From an uncultured Gammaproteobacteria bacterium (GTDB taxonomy: Bacteria > Patescibacteriota > Patescibacteriia > Magasanikbacterales > JBBTQS01): 64,000 nt of DNA. The DNA is taken from the NCBI GenBank assembly GCA_965230935.1, contig OZ246400.1, positions 246,359 to 310,358 on the forward strand, given 5' to 3'. This document shows, in pieces, positions 26,812-36,703 of the stretch. The translations under genes were made by a program, and so were the position numbers. The notes beneath the pieces are model-generated. The model was given only the letters and a program-made list of their open reading frames with translations. It was not told the origin of the DNA and did not search any database. The stretch's first letter is position 1, and each line of letters opens with the position of its first letter.

Positions 26812-28863
26812 TTACAAGTCACTATCTACTTTAGGTGTCCCCAAGATCGCCCGAGTATGCTCATCAAGACGCGGCAAGAAAAACCGCAACAAGAATCGCG
26901 TAATAAAGATGGCACTGATCATACTAATGATCACACCGATGGAAAGCGTGAGGGCAAATCCTTTAATCACACTGGTCCCAAACCAGAACAAAATACCACT
27001 CGTAATCAATGTCGAAACGTTTGCATCACGAATTGATGTCCATGCCCGACGGAATCCAAGCTCGACCGCTTGATGGAGACGCTTTCCCTTCCATCGCTCT
27101 TCTTTAATGCGCTCAAAGATAATGATATTAGCATCCACAGCAATTCCAAGTGACAAGATAAACCCAGCTACTCCTGAGACAGTCAAGGTCACCGGGATAA
27201 ATTTGAAAATCGCTAACACAATTATGCTGTAGATCACGAGTGCAAAAAACGCGAGTAAGCCAGCAAGACGATAGTACGCGATAATAAAGATGCTGACCAA
27301 AATGAATCCGATAAGCGCTGCATTAAGACTGCGCGCCAATGACTCTGCTCCAAGACTCGCGCCAACACGCTGCTCACTCACCAACTCAATTGGAAGTGGC
27401 AATGCACCGGCATTAAGGTCTTTGGCCAAATCTTTCGCCTCAGTAATACTAAAGTTGCCGCTGATGACTGCTTCGCCATTGGTAATCTCTTGCTGGACGG
27501 TTGGCACGCTGATCGCCACACCATCAAGGAAAATCGCCACTGGCTGATTCAAGTTTCGTTTTGTAATTTCTGCAAACAACTCTTTTCCTTGTTTGTTAAA
27601 CCGAAGTCCTACCTGCGGAATTCCGGAGTTTGGATCAAACTGAACAGTTGCACGCTCAAGATACGCACCGGTAAGCTCAGTATTTTTCCACTCACTTACC
27701 GGAGGGCGAAGATCAGTCTCAGTGGTTTTCTCAATAAACACTGCTGAAAGATTATATTGCGTACCACGAGTCTCGTCACGCTTATGAATCAAATGATATC
27801 CAAATGGCGTTTCCACCGCAGATGAGATTTCATCAACGCTAAGAGCAAACAACGCCGCTTCAAATTCAGGGACCGTCTGCCCACGAGAAAGCTCACCAAG
27901 TTCTCCACCGGCCGCTGCGGACTCGTCATTTGAATGAATGGTTGCTAGTGCGGCAAAATTTTGTGTGGTTGCTTGAGTTGCAATTTCAGAAATTTTGGCG
28001 AACGCCTCTTCCTTGTTAAGTCCACTTGGACATTGCTCTACCGCTGAACCCTCAAAACAGACCAAAATATGGCTTGCCGTTGCTGTTATTGCCACTTCTT
28101 CCTCTCCTCTATCTTTAAGCAAATAATATCCGTTTTCAAAATCCTCAACAACTCGAGAAACAAAGCCGGTTTGATGTGCCGTGGCCCATTCAATCACTTG
28201 TGCATTAGCCTCGCCTTCACGAATGCTAAATTCACCATTTTGCTTTGCTGAAACTTCGTCCTCACTAAATTCAGCCGCCACTTCTTCAAATGACTTGCTG
28301 CGCAAAGCCGCGAGTGCCTCTTGCGCTTTAGCAAACGCTTCTTCGTTTTTACTATTGAGCTGCGCTTGTTCCTCTTCAGTCAATGGCGGCTGCTCACTTA
28401 CTCCGGGCTCTTTAAACTCCAAAAGTGGTGTTTCTCCAATAGAATCAACTGCTGCTTGAATATCAGTAACTCCAGGAAGCTCAACAATGACACGGTTGAT
28501 GTCCCCTTGCTTATTGGTCTGTACCAATGGTTCACCAACACCAAATGCATTTACGCGTCGCTCGATCACATCACGTACCCCACGAACCGCCTCATCCACA
28601 TCTTGATCAGGAGCCAGTGGTGTAGTATTTACTTCATAAACTAAGTGCGCACCACCCACCAAATCAAGACCCAATCGAAAAGTATCTTTTTCAAAATTCA
28701 ACTCACCAATACCAAACCCTACTGAGCCTTTAAGCCATTGCGAAGTCTTGTTATACGTAGCTGGAAAATCAAAAATCGCCAACAACACAAATAGAACAAT
28801 AAGCCCCAGTAGTTTTAGGCGCATTTTCTTGTGAGAATCTGGTCGATCTTTAACTTCCATCAT
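26812..28863 (-). CDS. secD: protein translocase subunit SecD with an inserted parvulin-type PPIase domain
   Basis: SecD N- and C-terminal TM domains (LGLDLVGGAHLVYEV...); internal ASHILV...GGELGELSRGQTVPEFEAALFAL...TPFGYHLI parvulin signature. Confidence 0.85.
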   Translation of the reverse strand: MMEVKDRPDSHKKMRLKLLGLIVLFVLLAIFDFPATYNKTSQWLKGSVGFGIGELNFEKDTFRLGLDLVGGAHLVYEVNTTPLAPDQDVDEAVRGVRDVIERRVNAFGVGEPLVQTNKQGDINRVIVELPGVTDIQAAVDSIGETPLLEFKEPGVSEQPPLTEEEQAQLNSKNEEAFAKAQEALAALRSKSFEEVAAEFSEDEVSAKQNGEFSIREGEANAQVIEWATAHQTGFVSRVVEDFENGYYLLKDRGEEEVAITATASHILVCFEGSAVEQCPSGLNKEEAFAKISEIATQATTQNFAALATIHSNDESAAAGGELGELSRGQTVPEFEAALFALSVDEISSAVETPFGYHLIHKRDETRGTQYNLSAVFIEKTTETDLRPPVSEWKNTELTGAYLERATVQFDPNSGIPQVGLRFNKQGKELFAEITKRNLNQPVAIFLDGVAISVPTVQQEITNGEAVISGNFSITEAKDLAKDLNAGALPLPIELVSEQRVGASLGAESLARSLNAALIGFILVSIFIIAYYRLAGLLAFFALVIYSIIVLAIFKFIPVTLTVSGVAGFILSLGIAVDANIIIFERIKEERWKGKRLHQAVELGFRRAWTSIRDANVSTLITSGILFWFGTSVIKGFALTLSIGVIISMISAIFITRFLLRFFLPRLDEHTRAILGTPKVDSDL

Positions 28864-28914
28864 AATCTGAAAACCTGGGCACAGTGTATCGTAAAGTTAT
28901 TTTAAGGACAAGGC

Positions 28915-31671
28915 CTACCCATGACATTTCTTATATTTCTTTCCACTTCCACAATGGCATGGGTCATTACGTCCAATCTTCTGCCCATGATCGTCTCGTG
29001 CTTTTACCTCTACTGGGGACAACGCACTCATGGCAGTGCCGACATTATCTTTAGTGCGCTGTGCCAATGCTGATTGCTTTGCCATGGTTTTGGCCGCACC
29101 ACTTACACTTACCCCTTGGCGATTCAATAATCCTTGATATTGTTCAATTGCTCCGTGAACTTTAAACATGGCATATACCACATCTTTACGTACCAATTGT
29201 TGCATTTGATCAAATAATTGATGCCCTTGCCGTTTATACTCCACCAGTGGGTCACGTTGCCCATATCCTTGCAACCCGATTCCGGAACGTAGATAACTCA
29301 TAGCTTGCAAATGATCCACCCACAACGAATCATATGCCCGTAGCAAAATATTCTTTTCAATATCTTGCAGATAGGGCGCATTTTCAGCACTACTCACCAC
29401 TTCTTGATACTGCTCTTGTGCATAGGTTTGTACCATTTGAGTCAGTTCTTCGCGCTTTTTGATCACTGGAATATTCTTGTTTTCCCACAATACCCCAAGT
29501 TCTTTCACAAAACTCTCGGAGAGTGGTAATCCTTTTTTAAGATCTTCAACACACTCCTCAAAGCGCCATATGGTCTCATCTGGAGAGTTCGTGAACCACC
29601 CAATTACAGCGGCCATCTCTTCTGTTACCATCTGTCCAATCAGTTGATTAAGTCCATCTTCGATCTCTGTAGCATCCAACACCGCCCGTCGTTTGCCATA
29701 CATTACTTCACGATGACGATTGAGCACATCATCATATTCCAGTAAGTGTTTACGTGAATCAAAGTTATTCCCTTCCACTTTTTTCTGCGAACTCTCGAGT
29801 GCGCGCGAGATCAAATTGTGCTGGATAGGAGTGTCATCAGGCAACTTAAGCCGCTGCATCATGGTTTTCATCCGATCACCAGAGAAAATACGCATCAAAT
29901 CATCTTCGGTTGAGACAAAAAACTGCGTCTCACCCGGATCACCTTGTCGTCCAGCACGACCACGTAACTGATTATCAATGCGACGCGACTCATGGCGCTC
30001 AGTACCAATAACAAACAATCCACCAATTCCTTTAATTTCTTGCGAACTCTCTGCAGTACCAGGATTTCCACCCAACACAATATCCACACCACGACCAGCC
30101 ATGTTCGTAGCGAGCGTCACTGCTCCGCGTTTACCAGCCTGCGCAATAATTTCTGCCTCTCGTTTGTGATTTTTCGCATTGAGCACTTCATGCGCAACAC
30201 CATTGCGTTCCAAAAGCTGACTTAACGCCTCGTTTTTCTCAATTGAAATCGTACCTACCAACACCGGTTGGCCAGCAGTATTACGCTTTTTAATCTCGGC
30301 CAGCACCGCATTCATCTTTGCTTGCTCAGTTTTGAAAATCAAATCCTGCTGGTCAATGCGGGCAATTGACTTGTTGGTCGGAATAACCACGACATTTAAC
30401 CCATAAATCTTGTAAAACTCCTCACTTTCAGTAAAAGCCGTACCAGTCATTCCAGAAAGCTTAGGATACATACGAAAATAATTCTGAAATGTCACCGTAC
30501 CTAGAGTTTGGCTTTCTTTTTGTACCTCTACTCCTTCTTTCGCTTCAATTGCTTGATGCAACCCTTCACTATATCGACGTCCTGGCATCAATCGGCCGGT
30601 AAACTGATCCACAATCATGACTTGCCCATCACGCACCACATAATCTTTATCTCGTGCAAAAACAGCCATTGCCTTAAGCGCCTGCTCAATATGATGCACC
30701 GTACGCAGGCCACCTTCAACATAAATATTGCCCATACCAAGTGTTTGCTCCACTTTGGCAATTCCAGCATCAGTCAATGTTGCAGCTCGCGCCTTTTCAT
30801 CAACCTTATAGTCTGTTTCTTTTTGAAGACTGCGAACCAGACGGGCAAATTTAAAATACTCTTCTGTTGCCTCAGCTGCTGGTGCACTAATAATCAGTGG
30901 GGTCCGTGCCTCATCAATCAAGATTGAGTCAATTTCATCAACAATAGCGTAATTGTATGGCCGCTGAACCATATTCGCCTTATCACGCACCATGTTGTCA
31001 CGCAAGTAATCAAATCCAAACTCATTGTTGGTTCCGTACGTGATGTCGCACTGATAGGCTTCTTGGCGTTGTGCCGGACGCAAATAGGATTCTTCTACTT
31101 CAAAACTGCCGGTTTCATCGCGATGCTCATCGCGCTCAGATCCTTCGTCTGGCTGTGGCGCGTTTTGATAAGTTTTGTCATAAATAAACGTACGATTTTG
31201 TGTTTGGATGATTCCAATGGAAAGCCCTAAGAAATCATAAATCTGTCCCATCCATACGGCGTCACGTTTGGCCAAATAATCATTGACGGTCACAACATGC
31301 GCCCCCTTACCTGAAAGTGCATTCAAATATACTGGTGCAGTTGAAGTAAGTGTTTTTCCTTCACCAGTACGCATTTCAGCGATTTGTCCTTGATGCAATG
31401 CTGCCCCACCCATAAGCTGCACATCATAATGCCGCTGACCAAGCACGCGCTTTGCTGCTTCACGAACTGTAGCAAATGCTTCTGGCAAAAGCTCATCAAC
31501 GCTCTCGCCAGCATCAAGACGCTTCCTAAATTCAGGGGTTTTTGCCTTCAATTGCTCATCAGTCAAAGGGGTAAATTGATCTTCCAGTGCATTTACTGCT
31601 TTGGCCACTCCCTGAAGACGTTTAAGCTCTTTTTTATTAGGATCTCCTAGTAGTTTTTTCAAAAATGACAT
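28915..31671 (-). CDS. secA: preprotein translocase ATPase SecA
   Basis: 918 aa, DEAD-like motor, C-terminal CHCGSGKKYKKCHG zinc-binding tail. Confidence 0.95.
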   Translation of the reverse strand: MSFLKKLLGDPNKKELKRLQGVAKAVNALEDQFTPLTDEQLKAKTPEFRKRLDAGESVDELLPEAFATVREAAKRVLGQRHYDVQLMGGAALHQGQIAEMRTGEGKTLTSTAPVYLNALSGKGAHVVTVNDYLAKRDAVWMGQIYDFLGLSIGIIQTQNRTFIYDKTYQNAPQPDEGSERDEHRDETGSFEVEESYLRPAQRQEAYQCDITYGTNNEFGFDYLRDNMVRDKANMVQRPYNYAIVDEIDSILIDEARTPLIISAPAAEATEEYFKFARLVRSLQKETDYKVDEKARAATLTDAGIAKVEQTLGMGNIYVEGGLRTVHHIEQALKAMAVFARDKDYVVRDGQVMIVDQFTGRLMPGRRYSEGLHQAIEAKEGVEVQKESQTLGTVTFQNYFRMYPKLSGMTGTAFTESEEFYKIYGLNVVVIPTNKSIARIDQQDLIFKTEQAKMNAVLAEIKKRNTAGQPVLVGTISIEKNEALSQLLERNGVAHEVLNAKNHKREAEIIAQAGKRGAVTLATNMAGRGVDIVLGGNPGTAESSQEIKGIGGLFVIGTERHESRRIDNQLRGRAGRQGDPGETQFFVSTEDDLMRIFSGDRMKTMMQRLKLPDDTPIQHNLISRALESSQKKVEGNNFDSRKHLLEYDDVLNRHREVMYGKRRAVLDATEIEDGLNQLIGQMVTEEMAAVIGWFTNSPDETIWRFEECVEDLKKGLPLSESFVKELGVLWENKNIPVIKKREELTQMVQTYAQEQYQEVVSSAENAPYLQDIEKNILLRAYDSLWVDHLQAMSYLRSGIGLQGYGQRDPLVEYKRQGHQLFDQMQQLVRKDVVYAMFKVHGAIEQYQGLLNRQGVSVSGAAKTMAKQSALAQRTKDNVGTAMSALSPVEVKARDDHGQKIGRNDPCHCGSGKKYKKCHG

Positions 31672-31764
31672 AGTGGGTCGAAAACAGACCTATTTTAGCA
31701 CTAAGTCAAATAAACAACAAGCCCAACAATTTAGTCTTTTTGGCTAATTTTAGCTATCAAAGCC

Positions 31765-31793
31765 TTGACAAAAGGCCAAAAATGTGCTATGAT
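31765..31793 (+). promoter_or_regulatory. sigma70-like promoter of cassette E
   Basis: TTGACA (31765-31770), 17-nt spacer, TATGAT (31788-31793); preceded by a CTAATTTTAGCTA motif. Confidence 0.6.
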
Positions 31794-31839
31794 AGACACA
31801 CGTTTTTTGACATTCTCACCTTTTGTCCCGGGAGGACCC

Positions 31840-32130
31840 ATGAACCAGAACTCGAACCCCATCACCTTCGCCGACTTCTTCAGTGCCTTCGCGCTCCTGC
31901 TGCTCGCGGTGCTCGTCGTCACGATCCCGGTGTGGGCCCCGAGCCTCTTCGACGAGGCGGCCTTCCCGGTCAACCTGAGCCAGTTCGCTCAGGCCACGAT
32001 CATCGGGTGCCTCTTCGGCGCCGGCCTGGCCACGCTGATGGTCCGCGCGATGTGCGCGACCACCCACCTGGCGCCGGCCTACGCCACGGAGTGCGACGAC
32101 GACTACGTCGACCTCGACTTCGACGGCTGA
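31840..32130 (+). CDS. GC-rich small membrane protein E (96 aa)
   Basis: SD GGGAGGA 3 nt upstream of ATG; two predicted TM segments; acidic C-terminus ECDDDYVDLDFDG; the ORF-track start at 31765 would begin inside the promoter. Confidence 0.65.
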   Translation: MNQNSNPITFADFFSAFALLLLAVLVVTIPVWAPSLFDEAAFPVNLSQFAQATIIGCLFGAGLATLMVRAMCATTHLAPAYATECDDDYVDLDFDG

Positions 32131-32172
32131 TCACCACACAGCGCGGGCAGCGCTAAACCCACCTGCCCACCG

Positions 32173-32214
32173 AAAGCCCCGACGCGGATTTCTAACACGC
32201 GACGGGGCTTTTCG
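32173..32214 (+). terminator. intrinsic terminator of cassette E
   Basis: AAAGCCCCGACGCG...CGCGACGGGGCTTT stem followed by TTTCG. Confidence 0.65.
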
Positions 32215-32239
32215 AATACAAAAATTGTGAGGTGATTAT

Positions 32240-32590
32240 TTATTCTTGCACAAACTCTTTTTGTGCACGAATCGCATTACGATCCTTGTGCTTCTGCTTG
32301 CCTTTCAATTTTTCAAGTTCAATTTTAAGGTGGTCTTTTACTTTATCAATTGCCTTGTACAGATCCTCTGCATCTTTGGTCACACGAATGGTGTGAAGTT
32401 TTGGTACATGCAGATTTACTTCAGCATAAAAAATCTTACCTTTATTATGATGGTGGGTGCGCATTCCGATATCAATCTCTACTTTGACAATATGATCATG
32501 GAATTTACTTAGTGATTCAATTTTATCAGTTGCATATTGTTTAAGCGCTTCTGTCAAATCAATCCCGGTTCCTTGAATAGTTATGGTCAT
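32240..32590 (-). CDS. hpf: ribosome hibernation promoting factor
   Basis: start placed at MTITIQGTGIDLTEALKQYATDKI (S30AE/RaiA family). Confidence 0.85.
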   Translation of the reverse strand: MTITIQGTGIDLTEALKQYATDKIESLSKFHDHIVKVEIDIGMRTHHHNKGKIFYAEVNLHVPKLHTIRVTKDAEDLYKAIDKVKDHLKIELEKLKGKQKHKDRNAIRAQKEFVQE

Positions 32591-32601
32591 AGTATTTTTG
32601 T

Positions 32602-33588
32602 TTAAAATCCGAGTAAACAAATCTCCTCTTCTAAAGAGATCCCATATTGAGTATACACTGTGGTTTTGATCTGCTCAATGAGCTCTTTTACCTGTGCTGC
32701 GGAAGCGCCTTTTTCATTGAGAATAAAGTTGCCATGAGCTTGCGACACTGATGCCTTACCAACATGGGTGCCTTTAAGCCCGCTATGCTCAATAAGCCAT
32801 CCTGCTGGTATTTTTTTGGAGTCTAAAAACTGCTGTGGGATGTCATGACCCTTTAAATCGATAATTTCTTGATCGGTTATCTCTTTGTTTTTAAAAATAC
32901 ACCCGGTTGAAGCATACCCTTTTGGTTGGGTTTCCATACGATACTGCAGATATTCTTGCAGCTTTTTCATACTCTCTTGCTTGTCACCATGGACCAACGT
33001 AAGAGTCACTGACAATACAATCCCGCCGTTCTCTTTAAACATACTGTGGCGATACCCAAATGCACATTCAGCGTTGCCTAAGTCCACTATCTCGCCATCA
33101 ATAAGTGCCGTCACTGAGGTAACTGCATCTTTCATCTCACCTGTTGATGCACCGGAATTTCCCCGCACGGCTCCGCCAATTGTTCCCGGGACTCCAACTC
33201 CCCATTCAAATCCAGTGAGTCCTGCAGCAACACTTTTTTGTGCGATCTCAACCGTCTTGACTCCTGCTTGTGCTATAACCACGGTATCGGCAATCGTGAG
33301 TTCAGTGAGTTTAAGCTGAATCACTACACCATCAAATCCTTCATCAGCCACCAAAAGATTGCTTCCTCCACCCAATACAAAGGTTTGGATATCATATTCT
33401 GCTGCAAGCGCGAGCACGTCTTGGAGTTGTGCAATTGACGTTACCGTAACTAGATATCGTGCCGGCCCACCAATTTTAAAAGAGGTCAGTCGACTCATGG
33501 AAACATTGCGCTTCACTGATTCCGCCACCTCTTGAAGTTGCGAATACATTACATCATTGCTCATACTATTTGACCAAGTTCCTTGCAA
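32602..33588 (-). CDS. murB: UDP-N-acetylenolpyruvoylglucosamine reductase
   Basis: FAD-binding FKIGGPARYLV motif; exact start uncertain. Confidence 0.85.
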   Translation of the reverse strand: MQGTWSNSMSNDVMYSQLQEVAESVKRNVSMSRLTSFKIGGPARYLVTVTSIAQLQDVLALAAEYDIQTFVLGGGSNLLVADEGFDGVVIQLKLTELTIADTVVIAQAGVKTVEIAQKSVAAGLTGFEWGVGVPGTIGGAVRGNSGASTGEMKDAVTSVTALIDGEIVDLGNAECAFGYRHSMFKENGGIVLSVTLTLVHGDKQESMKKLQEYLQYRMETQPKGYASTGCIFKNKEITDQEIIDLKGHDIPQQFLDSKKIPAGWLIEHSGLKGTHVGKASVSQAHGNFILNEKGASAAQVKELIEQIKTTVYTQYGISLEEEICLLGF

Positions 33589-34966
33589 TCAAATCTATAG
33601 TTCCTGCACCCATAACTAACACAACATCGTCGGGCTCTACAATATCGCGCAAACGCTGCTCTGTTGCCTCAAGCGAACCAGTATATTCCACTGTGCATTC
33701 CGGATGTGCTTTGGCAATTGCATCAGTGAGTGCGCGTGAGTTTATATTTTGATATTGTGCCTCTTCTCTTCCGGCGACGTCATAGACATCACTCATCAAT
33801 ACATGATCTGCATGATGAAAACTATTCACAAAATCGTCAAATAACTCTTTGGTGCGCGCATGTTGATGGGGCTGATATGCCACAATGATACGATGATTTT
33901 CATACCATTCGCGTGCTGCATGGATAGTCGCATCAATAGCAGTTGGATGATGTGCATAATCAGAAACTACAGTTGCCATATTATACTTACCCACCACCTC
34001 AAATCGACGCCAAATTCCGGTAAAACCCTCAAGCGAATCACGAATACTTGGCAATGGAACCTGCATCTCTTGCGCCACTACAATTGCTGCTAATGCATTA
34101 CTTACATTAAAACGCCCAGGAATCCGCACACTCATTTTCGTATCCTCATATCCCTGTGTGGTTGGCAGTGTTGCTGTAAAATAAGACACTCCATTGTGGA
34201 GCACCACATTGCTGGCCATAATATCAGCCTCTTCGGCAATACCATAAAGCAACGTTTTACCGCCCCAGTTTAAGCGAGCACGGACTGAGCGATCATCATA
34301 ATTTTTAACGTACACTCCGGATTTTGGTAAACGATTCACAAACTCTTGCATTTGCACGAACACATCATCCACACTTTGATAGTAATCAGGATGATCATAT
34401 TCAACGTTGGTGACAACCGCAATATCCGGACTCAGTAATCGCATGTTTCCCTGATACTCACATGCTTCCACCACCAAAATATTACTCTCTCCCATATCGA
34501 GATTGCCATGGGTGAACGCAGTGCATCGTGAGCCAACAAATACGGTTGGTGCAAAACCAGCATTCTTTAAAATCAATCCAATCATTGCGGTCACGGTAGA
34601 CTTACCATGCGTACCACTAATCGCAATAGTTTTCTTTTTCTCACTTAGTAACGCAAGAAATCCCGGGTAATTCAGTGTTGGAATCTTGCGCTCATATGCC
34701 AAAGTCAACTCCTCATTGGATGACGGCACTGCAGGTGAGTAGATCACCAGATCAACTTGTTTTGGTAAATTTCGTGCGTCATTCCCAACAAATATGGTAA
34801 TACCCAAATCGCGCAACTCGTCCAATGTCTCGGACTCTACCGCATCAGAGCCCAGCACAGTAATACCTGACAAATGCAAATATTTAGCGGCAGCACTGAC
34901 ACCAATGCCTCCGATTCCGACACAGTACGCGGTCTTAATATTGTCGAGTGTAGGTGTTTTTGTCAT
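33566..34966 (-). CDS. murC: UDP-N-acetylmuramate--L-alanine ligase
   Basis: GIGGIGVSAAA..., Mur ligase GTHGKSTVT P-loop. Confidence 0.9.
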   Translation of the reverse strand: MTKTPTLDNIKTAYCVGIGGIGVSAAAKYLHLSGITVLGSDAVESETLDELRDLGITIFVGNDARNLPKQVDLVIYSPAVPSSNEELTLAYERKIPTLNYPGFLALLSEKKKTIAISGTHGKSTVTAMIGLILKNAGFAPTVFVGSRCTAFTHGNLDMGESNILVVEACEYQGNMRLLSPDIAVVTNVEYDHPDYYQSVDDVFVQMQEFVNRLPKSGVYVKNYDDRSVRARLNWGGKTLLYGIAEEADIMASNVVLHNGVSYFTATLPTTQGYEDTKMSVRIPGRFNVSNALAAIVVAQEMQVPLPSIRDSLEGFTGIWRRFEVVGKYNMATVVSDYAHHPTAIDATIHAAREWYENHRIIVAYQPHQHARTKELFDDFVNSFHHADHVLMSDVYDVAGREEAQYQNINSRALTDAIAKAHPECTVEYTGSLEATEQRLRDIVEPDDVVLVMGAGTIDLIARNLVK

Positions 34967-34998
34967 ACAACTTGTGTGTACTGTACCAGGTTCGTGAG

Positions 34999-35027
34999 TT
35001 GCTGTCGATATGAAAAAATGGTATCAT
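34999..35027 (+). promoter_or_regulatory. promoter-like element upstream of GC-rich mini-ORF
   Basis: TTGCTG-17 nt-TATCAT ending 28 nt before the ATG. Confidence 0.4.
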
Positions 35028-35055
35028 AATGGCACAACCTCTCCTGGAGTACACC

Positions 35056-35184
35056 ATGCTCGACAACCATGAGCCCCAGCGGGCTGTTGAGCGTGGATCA
35101 GGTCTGCCGTTCGTGGCCACTCTCTTTTTGACTCTGACCCTCCTGCTCGGTGCACTCCTGAATCTGGCCTCGTACCTTGGCTGA
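35056..35184 (+). CDS. GC-rich mini-ORF (42 aa, single TM)
   Basis: hand-translated MLDNHEPQRAVERGSGLPFVATLFLTLTLLLGALLNLASYLG; GC-rich codons; below the ORF-track cut-off. Confidence 0.45.
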   Translation: MLDNHEPQRAVERGSGLPFVATLFLTLTLLLGALLNLASYLG

Positions 35185-35227
35185 CCTTCTCTCCCCGCCG
35201 GCCGCCTGCTCCAAGGACCCCCACGTT

Positions 35228-35252
35228 CCCGCGATTTCGAACGATCTCGCGG
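35228..35252 (+). terminator. hairpin after mini-ORF
   Basis: CCCGCGA-N11-TCGCGGG inverted repeat; no clear T tract. Confidence 0.35.
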
Positions 35253-35413
35253 GTCCGACTCTCTTAAGTCCAATTTTCATGATTTTTATCTCACTTGAAC
35301 ATCAATAAGAGGACTTGTAAGGCCGATATTGTGCCCGAGATCTTAGGGCGCGGTACTGGCCTTTTTCATTTATGTAAATTCTGATAAAGTTTGGTTACCT
35401 AATTGACATTGCT

Positions 35414-36703
35414 ATGCATACACTTCCTATACAAGATCCTGATATCGCGTCGCTTATTCAGGCGGAAACTGCGCGACAGCAACACGGACTTGAAATGATC
35501 CCCAGTGAAAATCACACCTCGCCTGCAGTACTTGAGGCATTAGGTTCACGATTAACTGACAAATACTCTGAAGGTTATCCTGGCCTGCGCTATTACGGAG
35601 GATGTGATGTTGTAGACCAAGTAGAAAACATTACCCGTGATCGAGCAAAAGCATTGTTTGGCGTTGATCATGCCAATGTACAACCCTACTCCGGATCACC
35701 AGCGAATATGGCGGTCTATTACGCCCTCGCTGATCCAGGAGATACTATCATGGGCATGAAGCTTTTTTTTGGTGGACATATGACGCACGGACTTAAAGTG
35801 AATTTTTCCGGCACACTATACCGTTCAGTACAATATGGTACCGGTGAAGATGGTGTACTTGACTATGAACAAATGAAAGAGCTGGCTTTGGCAGAACAAC
35901 CCAAAGTGATTTACGCCGGCGCAACCGCATATCCGCGATTCTTTGACTGGAAAAAACTTCGTGAGATCGCTGATGCGTGTGGCGCTTGGTTTGTTGCTGA
36001 TATTTCTCATATTGCTGGACTGATTGTTGGTGATGCCCATCCATCGCCTGTTGGATTTGCCCATGTGATTACTACCACAACACACAAAACCCTTCGCGGC
36101 CCACGCGGGGCAATGATTTTGTGTAACGGAAACAAGTCTACACCACTTAAAAAAGTGCAGCGCACTGCAGAAAACCTTCCCACTTTAATTGATCGTGCAG
36201 TAATTCCAGGTTTGCAAGGTGGGCCACACAACCACCAAACCGCAGCAATTGCCGTTGCGCTCAAAGAGGCGGCGCAACCAGAATTTAAAACGTATGCGCA
36301 GCAGATTGTGAAAAACGCGGCAGCATTAGCTGAGACATTACTGGAGAATGACTTTGAGCTGGTTACTGGTGGCACCGACAATCATTTGATCCTCAGTGAT
36401 CTAACTACCAAGAACGTCAGTGGAAAGGATGCAGAAGCTGCACTGGGCAAGGCCGGAATTACGGTTAACAAAAACACAGTTCCATTTGATAAGCGCTCAC
36501 CGTTCGATCCCTCTGGTATTCGTATGGGAACCCCGGCAATCACTACTCGTGGCATGCATGAGGAACACATGAAACAAATCGGAATATGGATTACTGAAGC
36601 GGTCCACCATCATGATGATGATGCCAAATTGCACACCATTCACGAACAAGTTACGAAGTTGTGTGCTGAGTTCCCAATCTACCCATCAACCAATGCCAAC
36701 TAA
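35414..36703 (+). CDS. glyA: serine hydroxymethyltransferase
   Basis: 429 aa; PLP site TTTTHKTLRGPRG. Confidence 0.95.
   Translation: MHTLPIQDPDIASLIQAETARQQHGLEMIPSENHTSPAVLEALGSRLTDKYSEGYPGLRYYGGCDVVDQVENITRDRAKALFGVDHANVQPYSGSPANMAVYYALADPGDTIMGMKLFFGGHMTHGLKVNFSGTLYRSVQYGTGEDGVLDYEQMKELALAEQPKVIYAGATAYPRFFDWKKLREIADACGAWFVADISHIAGLIVGDAHPSPVGFAHVITTTTHKTLRGPRGAMILCNGNKSTPLKKVQRTAENLPTLIDRAVIPGLQGGPHNHQTAAIAVALKEAAQPEFKTYAQQIVKNAAALAETLLENDFELVTGGTDNHLILSDLTTKNVSGKDAEAALGKAGITVNKNTVPFDKRSPFDPSGIRMGTPAITTRGMHEEHMKQIGIWITEAVHHHDDDAKLHTIHEQVTKLCAEFPIYPSTNAN

Noticed and set aside
36612-36692. Upstream extension of folD beginning MMMMPNCTPF
   Set aside because: It overlaps the 3' end of glyA in another frame. 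The conserved FolD N-terminus begins at MPTKYLNGKHL.
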